Of a DNA stretch of 64,000 nt, positions 23,691 to 35,510 are shown in pieces. A model generated the notes under the pieces. That model saw nothing but the letters and a program-made list of their open reading frames with translations. It was not told the DNA's origin and did no database searches. The translations under genes and the position numbers were made by a program. Positions within the stretch are counted from its first letter, which is position 1. Each line of letters begins with the position of its first letter. The DNA comes from Octopus vulgaris (lineage: Eukaryota), in assembly GCA_951406725.2 (NCBI GenBank), contig OX597814.1, positions 201,190,001-201,254,000 on the forward strand. Direction: 5' to 3'.

Positions 23691-24312
23691 TGAATAATCT
23701 TATTCATGTTTCTGTTCGCTATTAACGTACAAAGTCTCACTCATATTCTTAACTCTACAAATATGTTTTTGAAAACGGGTATGAAATATGAACACTGTAT
23801 TTGGGTTAGATGTTTTGATGTGACTTGTGAGGATCATTCTGCCAATAATAACACACACACTGGTTGAATATCACTTGTTAATTGTTCGTCAATTTGTTAA
23901 ATATCTAACCAATTAATGAATCTATTGCCTGTTTCATGTGCCAGTTAAATAATCAGTTAGTTGTTTGTTATTCAAGGTCCGAAAAAGAAAGAAGTGGTAC
24001 TGAAACAGTGTGTGTGTTACTATTGGCATAAAGACCCTCCTAAGTTACAACAAGATTTGTTTCAATACACAAAATCCAAGTTTAAATATTTTATTTCCAA
24101 GAAAAATGACAGCACTTTTAAATATCTAATGTCCACCATGGCACCCTTTTTCAATATGTTGTCCCCTTGTAATCTGACAACATCCTCCTCACCAAAGGGG
24201 TACAACCATTCAGGTTAAGAAATATTCTTTAAAACCAATAGTATTCCTATCCTGTGTCTATGTGCTTCTGCATAATACCTTTTTGTTCATCTTTTCTCAA
24301 TTAATTGCTTAA

Positions 24313-24533
24313 CCCTTTCATTACCAACCCGGCTGAAACCGGTTCTGGCTCTATAGTACAAATGTCTTGTTTTCATAAGTTTTGAATTAAAATCTTCCAC
24401 CAAACCTTAGTCACAATTTTTGTTCCTAACACCAGCTTAAAGATAACTAAGTTATTTTACTAAATTCTTTGTTATATTTAACGTAATTGAAAGAAACACA
24501 GAACATCTCAAAATAAATACAGTAACGAAAGAG
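24313..24533. mobile_element. piggyBac-type MITE (221 bp)
   Basis: TTAA at 24309-24312 and 24534-24537, with imperfect TIRs ccctttcattac / gtaacgaaagag. Confidence 0.8.
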
Positions 24534-24948
24534 TTAAACAGAAATAAATTCTAATAAAGCTTGAGGAGAGAATGAAAGCAACAGTAGTTCCTCTCAGCCA
24601 ATTGCAGAAAGAAAAAAAAAAGTAATATAGAAGGGAGAATTCAGTACTAAAAAAATAAATTCAGATTTTGAAAATAAATCGAAATTCCATTCTCTGAAGG
24701 AAAATTGAACAGAGTAAAATCCATATGGTTTGATTTATTATTTTTTAGTATTGCTTTGGTATATAATTTTCAGTATTTCAATATTTCATACTTGCTTGGA
24801 AATATATTGTTATTACTTGGTGACTGTTATTAATAAAATTGCATATGATTTTCTAAGTATATATGAAAGTGTGTTGGCATTACTATGATGGACTCGCACT
24901 TACATGTTTCACTGTATTCGCTTTCTAGCAAGTACACTAACACACACC

Positions 24949-25009
<61 letters not shown>

Positions 25010-25439
25010 TGGAAATCGATCGATCAACATCAATGGAAATTGCAGTTGTGATACCAGTGCCAGTGGCACGTAAGGGAACCATCCGAACGTGGCCGTTGCC
25101 AGTGCCGCCCCGACTGGCCTCGTGCCGGTGGCATGTAAAAAGCACCATCCGTTTGTGGCTGTTGCCAGCCTCGCCTGGACCCCATGCCAGTGGCACGTAA
25201 AAAGCACCATCCGATCGTGGCCGTTTGCCAGCCTCGTCTGGCACCTGTGCCAGTGGCACATAAAAAGCACCCGCTACACTCACGGAGTGGTTGGCGTTAG
25301 GAAGGGAATCCAGCCGTAGCAACATTGCTAGATCAGACTGGGCCTGGTGCAGCCTTCTGGCTTCGCAGACCCCAGTTGAACCGTCCAACCCATGCTAGCA
25401 TGGAAAGTGGACGCTAAACGATGATGATGATGATGATGA
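25010..25439 (+). mobile_element. RTE-type 3'UTR with 4 modules
   Basis: gccagtggcacgtaaaaagcacc modules and a ggacgctaaac(gat)n tail. Confidence 0.75.
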
Positions 25440-25725
25440 ATATATATGCATATATATGTACATATATGTAAATACTTAGATCTATACGCATATCTATAAG
25501 CATATGTGGGAACAGGACATTATGAAACATGTACAAGGCATGAGTACATGGAACATGAACTTTTCTTTCAAACAACGAAAGACACAAATGGAAAACAAAA
25601 CAAACAACAAATGACCCTTCATCAGTTGTTGGCTGTTTTTCTAGTCTCGTATTTTGAGCATTTAACAACAATATATGCTTTTGATTATCATATTATATGA
25701 TTGAACACCACGCATCCTCTCAACT
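25440..25725 (-). mobile_element. Penelope-like tail fragment (family F) with a rearranged hammerhead
   Basis: Shares blocks with 44325-44810 (gttgttt..agaaaa, tgtcctgt.c.ca.atatgc). An inverted piece of the family's 3' end sits at 25686-25725. Confidence 0.55.
25609..25678 (-). ncRNA. Candidate non-circularly permuted hammerhead ribozyme, decayed copy
   Basis: gcataTA-ttgttg-tt-aaatgctc-[A]AAA-tacg-(16 nt)-caacaa-CTGATGA-a-gggtcattt. See findings. Confidence 0.55.
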
Positions 25726-25829
25726 CACCATGACTGGCTCCTGTGCTGGTAGCACATAAAAAGCACCATCCGAACATGGCCAATGCCAGTGCCGCCTGAC
25801 TGGCTCCTGTGCAGGTGGCATGTAAAAAG

Positions 25830-26836
25830 CATCATAAATGTTCAATAATTATTTCTTTATTGCCCACAAGGGGCTAAACATAGAGTGGGACAAACAAAAG
25901 TATTAAGTTGATTACATCGACCCCAGTGTGTAACTGATACTTAATTTATCGACCCCGAAAGGATAAAAGGCAAAGTCGACCTCGGTGGAATTTGAACTCA
26001 GAATGTAATGGCAGACGAAATACAGCAAAGCATTTCGTCCAATGTGCTAACATTTCTGCCAGCTCGCCACCTTAAATGTTCAATAATAATGAGATCTGGG
26101 GACTGTAGTGGCCAGATAAGATGTTCAGCTGTGTGAATTGGTGCATTATCATCCTGAAAGATTGCGTTTCCCTCTGGAAACAGTTCCGTAACCATAGAAT
26201 GAATTTGATCTGATAAAATGCTTAAATAATCTTGACTATTAATTATGCCATGAAGGGAAACAATTGGGCCAGCCGATTTCCAAGATATAGCCCCTCCCAC
26301 CAGATCATCATAGGTCCTCCTCCATGTTTAACAGTTGGAAGAAGGCAGTCTAGGTCAAATGCTTCTTTTTGCTGTCTCCACACGTATACTCAGCCAGTAG
26401 TCAGAAATAAGGTAAAGGATGACTCGTCTGAAAGAATAACATTCCTCCGCTGCTCTAGGGACAAATTCTGTAGGTTTTTACTCCACTCTAAATGCTTTGC
26501 AACGTTTGTTTTTGACTGTAGTGGTTTTCTGATTGCAGCCCTCCCGTGAAATCTGGGTTTGTGCAGCTCCTGGCAAACAGTTTTTGTGGAAACTGGGTTC
26601 TCGAGATGCTCTGCAGTAATTTTGGGAGCTGTACTTTTGTGATCCTTTCTAACAGTTTGCATAAGAGTCCGATGGTCCCTATCTGAAAGTTTTGGTTTCC
26701 TTCCGGAGTTTTCTTTGAATGAGGAAGTTTTCCCCTCTTTCTCAAAGGCTGTCATTACTTTCGAGACAGTACTTCTTGATACACCAAACATTTTGGCTGT
26801 TTTTGTTACACTAGCACCTGCCATACAAGCACCAAC
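25830..26836 (-). pseudogene. Tc1/mariner transposase pseudogene, truncated at both ends and interrupted by a SINE
   Basis: VGACMAGASVTKTAKMFGVSRSTVSKV..SGRKPKLSDRD (HTH), ILSDESSF, FQDDNAPIH and WPLQSPDLIIIEHL. The D..E spacing is shortened by a deletion, and stops and frameshifts are present. Confidence 0.9.
25850..26072 (-). mobile_element. SINE family B inserted in the Tc1 element, 15-bp TSD
   Basis: taaatgttcaataat at 25835-25849 and 26073-26087. Confidence 0.9.
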
Positions 26837-29453
26837 GGCGGCGTTTTTCAAGAGAATAAAGGTCGAGCGTCCTCAGCCTTTCTTCGTAGGACAAATTTTT
26901 GAGACCATGAACCATGCGGGTAGCCAGCTTCTGGACTCTTTCGAGATGCTGTATGTCTTTGAGGAGATAAGGAGAAGAGGCTTGAATCCCATACTCCAAT
27001 ATGGGTCTCACCAGCGTGACATAGAGTGGTAGGAATATGGCTGCTGTGAGCATTCCGAATGACCGTCGAATCAAGAACAGAATTCCGCGTGCTTTGTTGG
27101 CAGCATGGACACACTGGGCCGAAGGCGAAAAGGAGGAATCCACCAAGATACCATGGTCCTTTACCTGATCGGTCCTCTCCAGCAGCAGACGACCCGGCTC
27201 GAAATCAAGTTGAGTTGCAGGAGTAGAGCCGACAGGCAGATGACAGCACTTTGACACGTTCAGACACAGGTCCCAATCGTTAGACCACTTCCAAATTTGG
27301 TGGAGGCATCGACGAAGATCCTCTATATTACCGCGAGGAGCGACCAGTTTGATATCGTCGGCAAATAGAAGGGTGTGTTGCGTGAGGTCGTCGGGCAAGT
27401 CATTTATGAAGACTAAGAACAACAAGGGCCCAAGCACTGAACCTTGAGGCACGCCACTGCTCGCACTGGAGACGTCGGACCGCGAACCATTAACTTGGAC
27501 TTGGAAGGAGCGATCTGAGAGGAAGGCACCAACCCATCCTACAATATCCGGATGGAAACTATATGCTTGAAGCTTGACAAGTAATAGGCGGTGGTTTACC
27601 GAGTCAAAAGCTTTGGCAAAGTCCAATAAAACGATGTCAACAGCATCACTATCATCGAGGATGCGAGTCACCAATTCTTCCATTACTAGTAAGTTGGTCA
27701 AGCATGATCTCTTCGGCACGAAGCCGTGTTGGGAATCAGAGATAGAGGCTGTGTTTAGGAGGTGGAGCATCATACTTTTCTTAAGGATGGTTTCGAACAT
27801 CTTGCTGATTATTGATGTAAGGGAAACCGGTCGGTAGTTAAGCGGGTCTTCGCGGCTCCCTTTCTTGAAAATTGGGCAGATTATCGCTGTTCTCCAGTCT
27901 GCAGGTATAACACCCGTCGCCAATGACATATTGAATAGTCGTGTTAAGGGCTCGCAGATGACCGGAGCCAACGCTTTGATAACCCGTGGGTGTATGCCGT
28001 CAGGGCCGTGACACTTGTTGACATCGAGGCCTTGAATAACACGTTTGACTTCGTCCCGCGTGATGACCAATCGAAGCATTGGAGGTACCGATCTATCAAA
28101 TGGAGGGGGTTCACGACCATCATCTTGTTTGAAAATAGTTGAAAAAGCCTCGGCAAATAATTGACTCTGTTGATAAGGGTCCTCAATCGATACGCCTGTT
28201 GAGTCTACCAACGTTGCAATCTGGTTGTTCAAGCGGGAATTCCGCTGGACATGGGCAAAGAAGGTTTTTGGATTGCTACTGGCATTTGCCGCGACTTTGT
28301 ATTCATAACTGAAGCGTTCTTCCTTTTCAATTTTCACGGCTCGGTCTCGTTGAGTTTTGTACACCTCAAAAGCTGCAGTCGAATTCAGATTTTTGAATTC
28401 AGCCCAAGCAATATCTCCAAGTCGACGTTCTCGTTTAACCTTCTTCGTCACCCAGGGCTTGTGTTTCTTCCTCTTGGGAAGCCCAACGGGAACTGCCTGG
28501 TCAGTCAAACAGATTACGTATGCTTTGAGGGATGACCATAGTTCGTCAACTGAGGACAACGTCATCAGGGATCGCCAGTCCAGAAGCGCGGAAGCCTCGG
28601 TTAGAATTTCAAGATTAATTGCAGAGAAGACTCTACGTGGCAGCGATGTAGTCGTGGGCGTAGAAAAAGTTGTGTGCATGACGAACTTCAGGACCGCATG
28701 ATCACTCTTGGCAAGAGGGGCGCACACAGATACGTCTGACACTGATCTTGGATAGCGGGAGAATACCAGATCTAGCATAGATGGCTGCTGCCCAGACCGA
28801 TGCCTTGCCGGATATTCAACATGTTGCGATAGAAAACAATCTTCAGCCACGTCAAGAAGGGCCTGGCCGAACCGGGAAGATGTTGTACAAATTGATGCGG
28901 GCCAATCGATCGTGGGAGCGTTGAAGTCTCCTAGTACCAAACAGTCATGCGAAGCTGAAACGAATCTTATCGCTTCGAGTAAATGAGCATCGTCATGGGG
29001 GTCGGCAAGAGGCGTCCTGTAGACAGCCAACACGGGCAGGCAAAACTCAGATAGGCTCAGCTTGCAATAGACGGCATCGAATTTTGTTGTAGGTTGAGCA
29101 TTAGTGGGTAGAATACCGCTGGACGGTTTGTGCTCAGACTTAACATACACAGCAACACCTCCACCTCGCCTTTTTCCTCTGTCACATCTGAAAAGGACGT
29201 AGCCCTGCAGGTGGATTTCTGAGTCCTTTACTGCTGGAGTCAGCCAAGTCTCGGTGATAGCTATCACATCAGGGGAGTCACGTATGGCCAGTGTAAATAG
29301 TTCACTGAACTTTGGGAATAAGGAGCACGAGTTGGTGTAGACGATGCTGAGCTGTGAAGTCCTAGGGGCGGGAGTTGGGGAACAAGCAGAATAAGGGGCA
29401 TCAGAGATAGCATCGTTGACGGGGGTATCAACTTCACTTCGATTTGCCCTCAC
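26811..29453 (-). CDS. CR1-like LINE ORF2: APE endonuclease plus reverse transcriptase; 3' end lost, last codons derive from Tc1
   Basis: APE motifs YTN, ITETWL, GGGVAVY, VYRTP, GDFN and SDH. RT motifs GPDGI, NYRPVSLTS, QHGF, LDFAKAFDSV, GVPQGSVLGPLLF, FADD and LERVQKLAT. 880 codons without a stop; the listed start is GTG. Confidence 0.95.
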   Translation of the reverse strand: MRANRSEVDTPVNDAISDAPYSACSPTPAPRTSQLSIVYTNSCSLFPKFSELFTLAIRDSPDVIAITETWLTPAVKDSEIHLQGYVLFRCDRGKRRGGGVAVYVKSEHKPSSGILPTNAQPTTKFDAVYCKLSLSEFCLPVLAVYRTPLADPHDDAHLLEAIRFVSASHDCLVLGDFNAPTIDWPASICTTSSRFGQALLDVAEDCFLSQHVEYPARHRSGQQPSMLDLVFSRYPRSVSDVSVCAPLAKSDHAVLKFVMHTTFSTPTTTSLPRRVFSAINLEILTEASALLDWRSLMTLSSVDELWSSLKAYVICLTDQAVPVGLPKRKKHKPWVTKKVKRERRLGDIAWAEFKNLNSTAAFEVYKTQRDRAVKIEKEERFSYEYKVAANASSNPKTFFAHVQRNSRLNNQIATLVDSTGVSIEDPYQQSQLFAEAFSTIFKQDDGREPPPFDRSVPPMLRLVITRDEVKRVIQGLDVNKCHGPDGIHPRVIKALAPVICEPLTRLFNMSLATGVIPADWRTAIICPIFKKGSREDPLNYRPVSLTSIISKMFETILKKSMMLHLLNTASISDSQHGFVPKRSCLTNLLVMEELVTRILDDSDAVDIVLLDFAKAFDSVNHRLLLVKLQAYSFHPDIVGWVGAFLSDRSFQVQVNGSRSDVSSASSGVPQGSVLGPLLFLVFINDLPDDLTQHTLLFADDIKLVAPRGNIEDLRRCLHQIWKWSNDWDLCLNVSKCCHLPVGSTPATQLDFEPGRLLLERTDQVKDHGILVDSSFSPSAQCVHAANKARGILFLIRRSFGMLTAAIFLPLYVTLVRPILEYGIQASSPYLLKDIQHLERVQKLATRMVHGLKNLSYEERLRTLDLYSLEKRRRWCLYGRC

Positions 29454-29782
29454 ATCACTTTCCCTGTCAGCACTACAGCATGGGACCAGAGGTAGGACTT
29501 GATTATCTGTCCATCTTGGATTCGTAAACCCTTCTCTCCCATTTGTTTCCTCATCTTTAGTTCGGATATTAGGTTTCTCCGCCGAATTCTCTCTCTTAGT
29601 GAGTATTCCTCGCGAAAACCCATATTGGGGTCCTCCCAGGCATGCGTCTGAGCTCTGTTCAGAAAGACTGAAGCCTCCCGATCGGAAGAAAAGATTACCC
29701 TTATTGGGCGTGGTCTAGTATCTGAGGTTGGGTTCGCTTGGAATCTTCCTAGCCGAGCGACCTTATGGACACTGACATTATC
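29450..29782 (-). CDS. LINE ORF1 C-terminal part (5'-truncated element)
   Basis: Open frame DNVSVHKVARLGRFQANPTSDTRPRPIRVIF..ERIRRRNLISELKMRKQMGEKGLRIQDGQIIK..GKVM*. It matches the CR1-type ORF1 C-terminal pattern RLG..RP..V.F / ER..R..L..ELK.R..GE..L.I..G.I. Absent from the ORF track. Confidence 0.85.
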   Translation of the reverse strand, partial: DNVSVHKVARLGRFQANPTSDTRPRPIRVIFSSDREASVFLNRAQTHAWEDPNMGFREEYSLRERIRRRNLISELKMRKQMGEKGLRIQDGQIIKSYLWSHAVVLTGKVM

Positions 29783-32597
29783 TTAATAATAAATCTCTGA
29801 ATGAGGTATACCTCACAATTATATCTTAAAAATATAAGAATGCATTTTTTCACATTAGATTCTCAAAAGTGTATAGTATATGGGGCTGTGTTACGAATTA
29901 TATTTATTCTGGCTGTTGTTATGAAATATATTTTTACGATGAAAAATCTTGAAAAATCTTATTACAAAAAAAGAAGATATTTCTAATTTCTGTTCAAATG
30001 GAAGCTATGAAATTCATTTTGCAAAGGTGTCTATTCTTCGCAGACGTTCAGAAAGAATAGCTTCATGTAAAACATTTCAGACTTAAAAACACTTCCAGCT
30101 AATCTCAGAACACAAAGTGTAAGACATTTTCCTGGAGTTGAACTCTATTTTGACCAGTTTCAACAAAATTCATCCTTGCTGTACAATTTTACACATCTAT
30201 TGCTTAATAATCTACCTGTTATTCAAGTAAATACATACAACTATGAAACACAGCATTATATTATAGTTTAAGGAGGAATTCTGTATTTCTGTATCCTCCT
30301 ACAGTTTTCTCCTTATAAATATATACATACATCATCATCATCATCATCATCACACATATATTTATATACATATAGGCATACATACATACATACATGACCC
30401 AGAAGAACCAATACATGATTTAATCAGATATGTACGTTTCAAATAGGATGGTATAGCTCAAAATGCTACAATGCATCAATTATGCATATGAAATTGATCT
30501 CTTATTTGATAGATTAAAACGCTAAAATTGCTTTATCAGATTTCTCTTATCCAAATTTAGAATAAACGTATTCCTAATATATAGTCTTCTAATGTGTAAT
30601 GTAATATTCCCTGTAGTGAATATTGCCTTTCCAATTTTTCCATTAGAATTCTCATTAATCCAGCCACTCTTCTATTCATTGTATATTTATTGAGTGACAA
30701 TCTACTTCAAATTACACTTCTATGGTGACCTGAATAATATATCTACTAAATGGGTTTATTTCAACATACCCTACCATTTCTTTGATGAACTGGTCAGTTA
30801 AAATATTGGATTGGGAAGTGCTGTGTACAGCTGTTTGTATTCATTTAACCGTTGTGTTTGTACACAATATATTTAATCACAATTCTAAAATGATCTAATA
30901 AATATGAATCCTAAAGAGATCTATATAAGACGCCTCCCTACCTATTTAGACAAGGGAAATGGTCAAATAAAAGTGTAGCGATGAGCTAACCCAAATTTAC
31001 AACTAACTTCCTTTTAAAATGTCCAACAATATAAGCAGTGATAACATAGCTTTCATAAGAATAGGATGGTGTAGAATTCCTCTCTTCTTGTAACATTTAA
31101 ATTAATCAAATATGGGATCAATTAGATATGCATAATTGATGATAGCAGTATTTTGAGGTATGTCATACTATTTGAAACATACATAGCCGATTAAATCATG
31201 AATTAATCTCTTTCATGGATTTTCTATTATTCCTTGTGACTACATACTGAATCTATACTGGATTCATTCCATATTTAAACTTCAAATTTTCAAATTGAAC
31301 TGGTGACAGAATGTAAATTTGCAGCTTACATGGATTCCTGTGGCATGCACTGGACAATGTAGTTAACTGAGCCTGATCTCTACAGAGTGCTTAGAAATCA
31401 TACACTTCGATTCCTTCATCTTTTTCCCCTCACGATGTGCATGTGTATGTGTGTATGCATGTATATGTGTGTGTATGTGTATGTATACATTAAATTTTAG
31501 AAGGCAAAATGGTTGACAATGGCTTCGATGTTTCACTCTTGCATGTCCACTGATTGTACTTTATTTGAATTTCGTTGGCTGAGTTTGTTTTTTCAGTGGA
31601 TAGGTGGAGCCAGTGGTGGACTGGCCAGGTTGCCAGCTTGTCCGATGGCAAGTGGGCCCCTGTGCCATTAGACTCCATATATGGGGACCCATGTTAGTAT
31701 CTATTTTTTTTCTCTTTACCTACATGAATCAAGAGTATTGCTCTCTGGAAGATATCTTATGGTAGTGGAATAGTATTTAACTGCTATTTCTAAATTTCGG
31801 TATGTGGTGAAGCAATTTGCTGAACTTTAATTATAATTATGCTTATAATTATAGAATTTTTGTATAAGGTTACCAACCATGGTTCTTTTAACATACCGAA
31901 CTACTTGGTAAATTTTGCTCATAAACACACACATTGCCCAGTCTGAGATTTGAACTCGCGATCCTTCAACCACAAGTCTGCTGCTCTAACCACTAAGCCA
32001 TGTGCCTCCACAACTTGACATATAAAAATCATTAATCTATGCGTGTGTATATACAAATGAGTCTATATGAGTGTGTATATGTGTATGCATATATGTGCAT
32101 GTATATACATATGTGTATATGTGTGTATATGCATGCACATGTAGATGTGTGTGTGTGTGTGTGCGTACATTCATTTGAAATTGTTTATAAATAAAAGCAA
32201 AACCTTCAGGTCAGTGAGTGTCAGTCGGTCAGCCTTTTATGTTATATATTTGTCAGTTGCTAACATTTGAACTCAGTGCCACTTTAATTAACATTTCAGT
32301 CAAGTTTTATGGTGCTAAAGAGATGTTTATCTGTGGCACTGATAACAGTTTTGACCATTGTATACTTAGAAACAATAACTAACAACATTATGTTATCTTC
32401 TCAATTATTTCATCTTAATTTTTTTCTGTAAATATTTGCCTGTTATGTATGTAACTACAGTAACGAGAAAATATATTGAGATAAACTCTAATGACGTGAT
32501 GATCTAATTTATATTTACGGTCAGGATTATATAATTCGGCTTTACGTCCCTTCCTGAAACACATCACGTGCAAGAATGATGTAGATAAATAATTTAC

Positions 32598-33105
32598 AAA
32601 GTGGCTAACTGGCTTCCGACAGAGCAGCTGACTGGCTTCCATGCCAGTGGCACATAAAACACACCATTCGACCATTCGAGTGTGATCGTTACCAGCATCG
32701 CCTTTCTGGCACTTGAGCCCTGTGCTAGTGGAGTGCTAAGAGCACCATCCGAGCATAATTGTTGCCAGAGCAGCTAACTGGCTTCCGTGCCAGTGGTACA
32801 TAAAAGGCACCATTCGAGCATGATCATTACCAGCGTCACCTTACTGGCACTTGTGCCGGTGGCATGTGAAAAAAACATTTGAGCGAGGTCATTGCCAGTA
32901 CCGCCTGACTGGCCCCCATGCCGGTGGCACATAAAAGCACCCACTACACTCTCGGAGTGGTTGGCATTAGGAAGGGCATCCAGCTGTAGATACTCTGCCA
33001 GATCAAGATTGGAGCCCGGTGCAGCCATCTGGTTTGCTAGCCCTCAGTCAAATCATCTAACCCATGCTAGCATGGAAAGCGGACGTTAAACGATAATGAT
33101 AATGA
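32598..33105 (+). mobile_element. RTE-type 3'UTR with modules
   Basis: gccagtggcacataaaa.cacc modules, gcattaggaagggcatccag, ggacgttaaacgat. Confidence 0.75.
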
Positions 33106-33698
33106 GGAACCTCAAAAACTAATTCTCTCATCTTATATGTGTAAGAGCTTTTCTCTTAAATGTGTTGTATTGGAAGCGCAACAAGGTTCTAATTTAATCT
33201 CATATTTCGTTTCAAACTATAATGCTTCTAAATTCATCTTAAAATTTCCAGCTTGTCTCAACCTCAAAATGTTGAGGTTTTTGGCTCCTGTGCTGCATCT
33301 TTTATAGTGAAAACCTAATATTCATAAAAATCTTTTCACCAGACCTGGAAAATTACAGCATTCATATTCTTCTCCATTGGATTTGCTGTTGTGATGTATG
33401 TACGTTATATGTTAACTGCAGCTTTGTGTTCTGATATTCCTATTTCTGTAAAATATTCTATAAAGCATGGAAATTTGTTCTGTTAATGTATTGGGTGACG
33501 CAGTGTATCGCTGTTGTTCCTTGTTTTAAATCATAGTGATTTACGCTTGTCTTGGAGTTGTGAAGATTGCAACATTCAGTTCTAATCAAATTTCTTAATA
33601 ACATTGGTCATTCTAAGATTTTCTGAGGTTTACATTTCCATGGTGTGTTGTTAACAGGGAAGTTCCCTATAGCATTGTTTTTGTAATATATTACTTAT

Positions 33699-34236
<538 letters not shown>

Positions 34237-34984
34237 TGGCTCTTATCTGGCCGCTGTATACAGACACGGGTGTTTCCATACACATATGTATAGATTCCAA
34301 AACTTTAGTGCTCACAAACAAAGATAAAAGCTTAATAAATAAAGTTGAGTTGTAAATTCTTGTATCATAACTGAGCTTTGCATTGTCAATCATTCAAATG
34401 GTTAATATACATAATCAATATAAACAAAATTTTTGCAAAATCTTCGAAATATTGTTTTTGATTGGTTGCCACCGAGAAGCCCTCAAAAATTGCCTCTCAC
34501 ATTCATCTATTCATTTTGCCATACGTGAAACATTTTATGTCTTCAGTATGTAAAGAAAAACATAAAGTTAAAGACTACGGTTATTGTTAACGCGGTTACA
34601 GAATTAATGGACAGCTGAATAGAGTTTCACTGGATGACCGACCAATTTTGAATATTAAGTTTGTTGGTAAAAGAAATTCTTATCAATAAAAATGAGCCAA
34701 AATTATCAAAATAGAAAACAAATGTTTCCTGGTTAGCATTGTGTAGATTTATGTAATATTATGTGGTTCGTTAATTGTGAAAATTTTATGATTAATTTAT
34801 GATAGGCGTTGGAGTGGCTGTGTGGTAAGTAGTTTGCTTACCAACTACATGGTTCTGGGTTCAGTCCCACTGTGTGGCACCTTGGACAATATGGAGTATT
34901 GAAGTGGTTTTTAGAGCCATTTGGCATCTATTTCTAGCGTTTTGGTATTGTCAATCTGCACCCTTTAATGTAATTATCTATATT

Positions 34985-35510
34985 CTTTCATTCTTTTATT
35001 TGTTTCAGTCATTTGGCTGTGGCCATGCTGGAGCACCGCCTTTAGTTGAGCAAATTGACCCCAAGACTTATTCTTTGTAATCCTAGTACTTATCCTATAG
35101 GTCCCTTTTGCCAAAACACTAAGTTACAGGGACGTAAACACACCAACATCAGTGGTCAAGCAATGATGGCGGGGACAATCACAGACACAGAAGCACACAC
35201 ACATCATCATCATCATCGTCATCGTCGTTATTGTCGTTTAACGTCCGCTTTCCATGTTGGTATGGGTTGGATGGTTTGACTGAGGGCTGGTGAGCCACAG
35301 GACTGCACCAAGCTTTACTCTGATCTGGCAGAGTTTCTACAGCTGGATGCCCTTCCTAACAGGCATACGACAGGCTTCTTTCAGTTTCCATCTGCCAAAT
35401 CCACTCATGAGGCTTTGGTCAGCCCGAGGCTATGATAGAAGACACTTGCCCAAGGTGCCACGCAGTGGGACTGAACCCAGGATCATATGGCTGGTAAGCA
35501 AGCTACTTTA
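34985..35510 (-). mobile_element. SINE family A with a nested RTE 3' end (~35200-35360)
   Basis: Family A motifs flank a (cat)n-cgtttaacgtccgc block. Confidence 0.75.

Noticed and set aside
26715-28701. Plus-strand and alternative-frame ORFs over the LINE
   Set aside because: Shadow ORFs of a GC-richer coding region, with no independent motifs.
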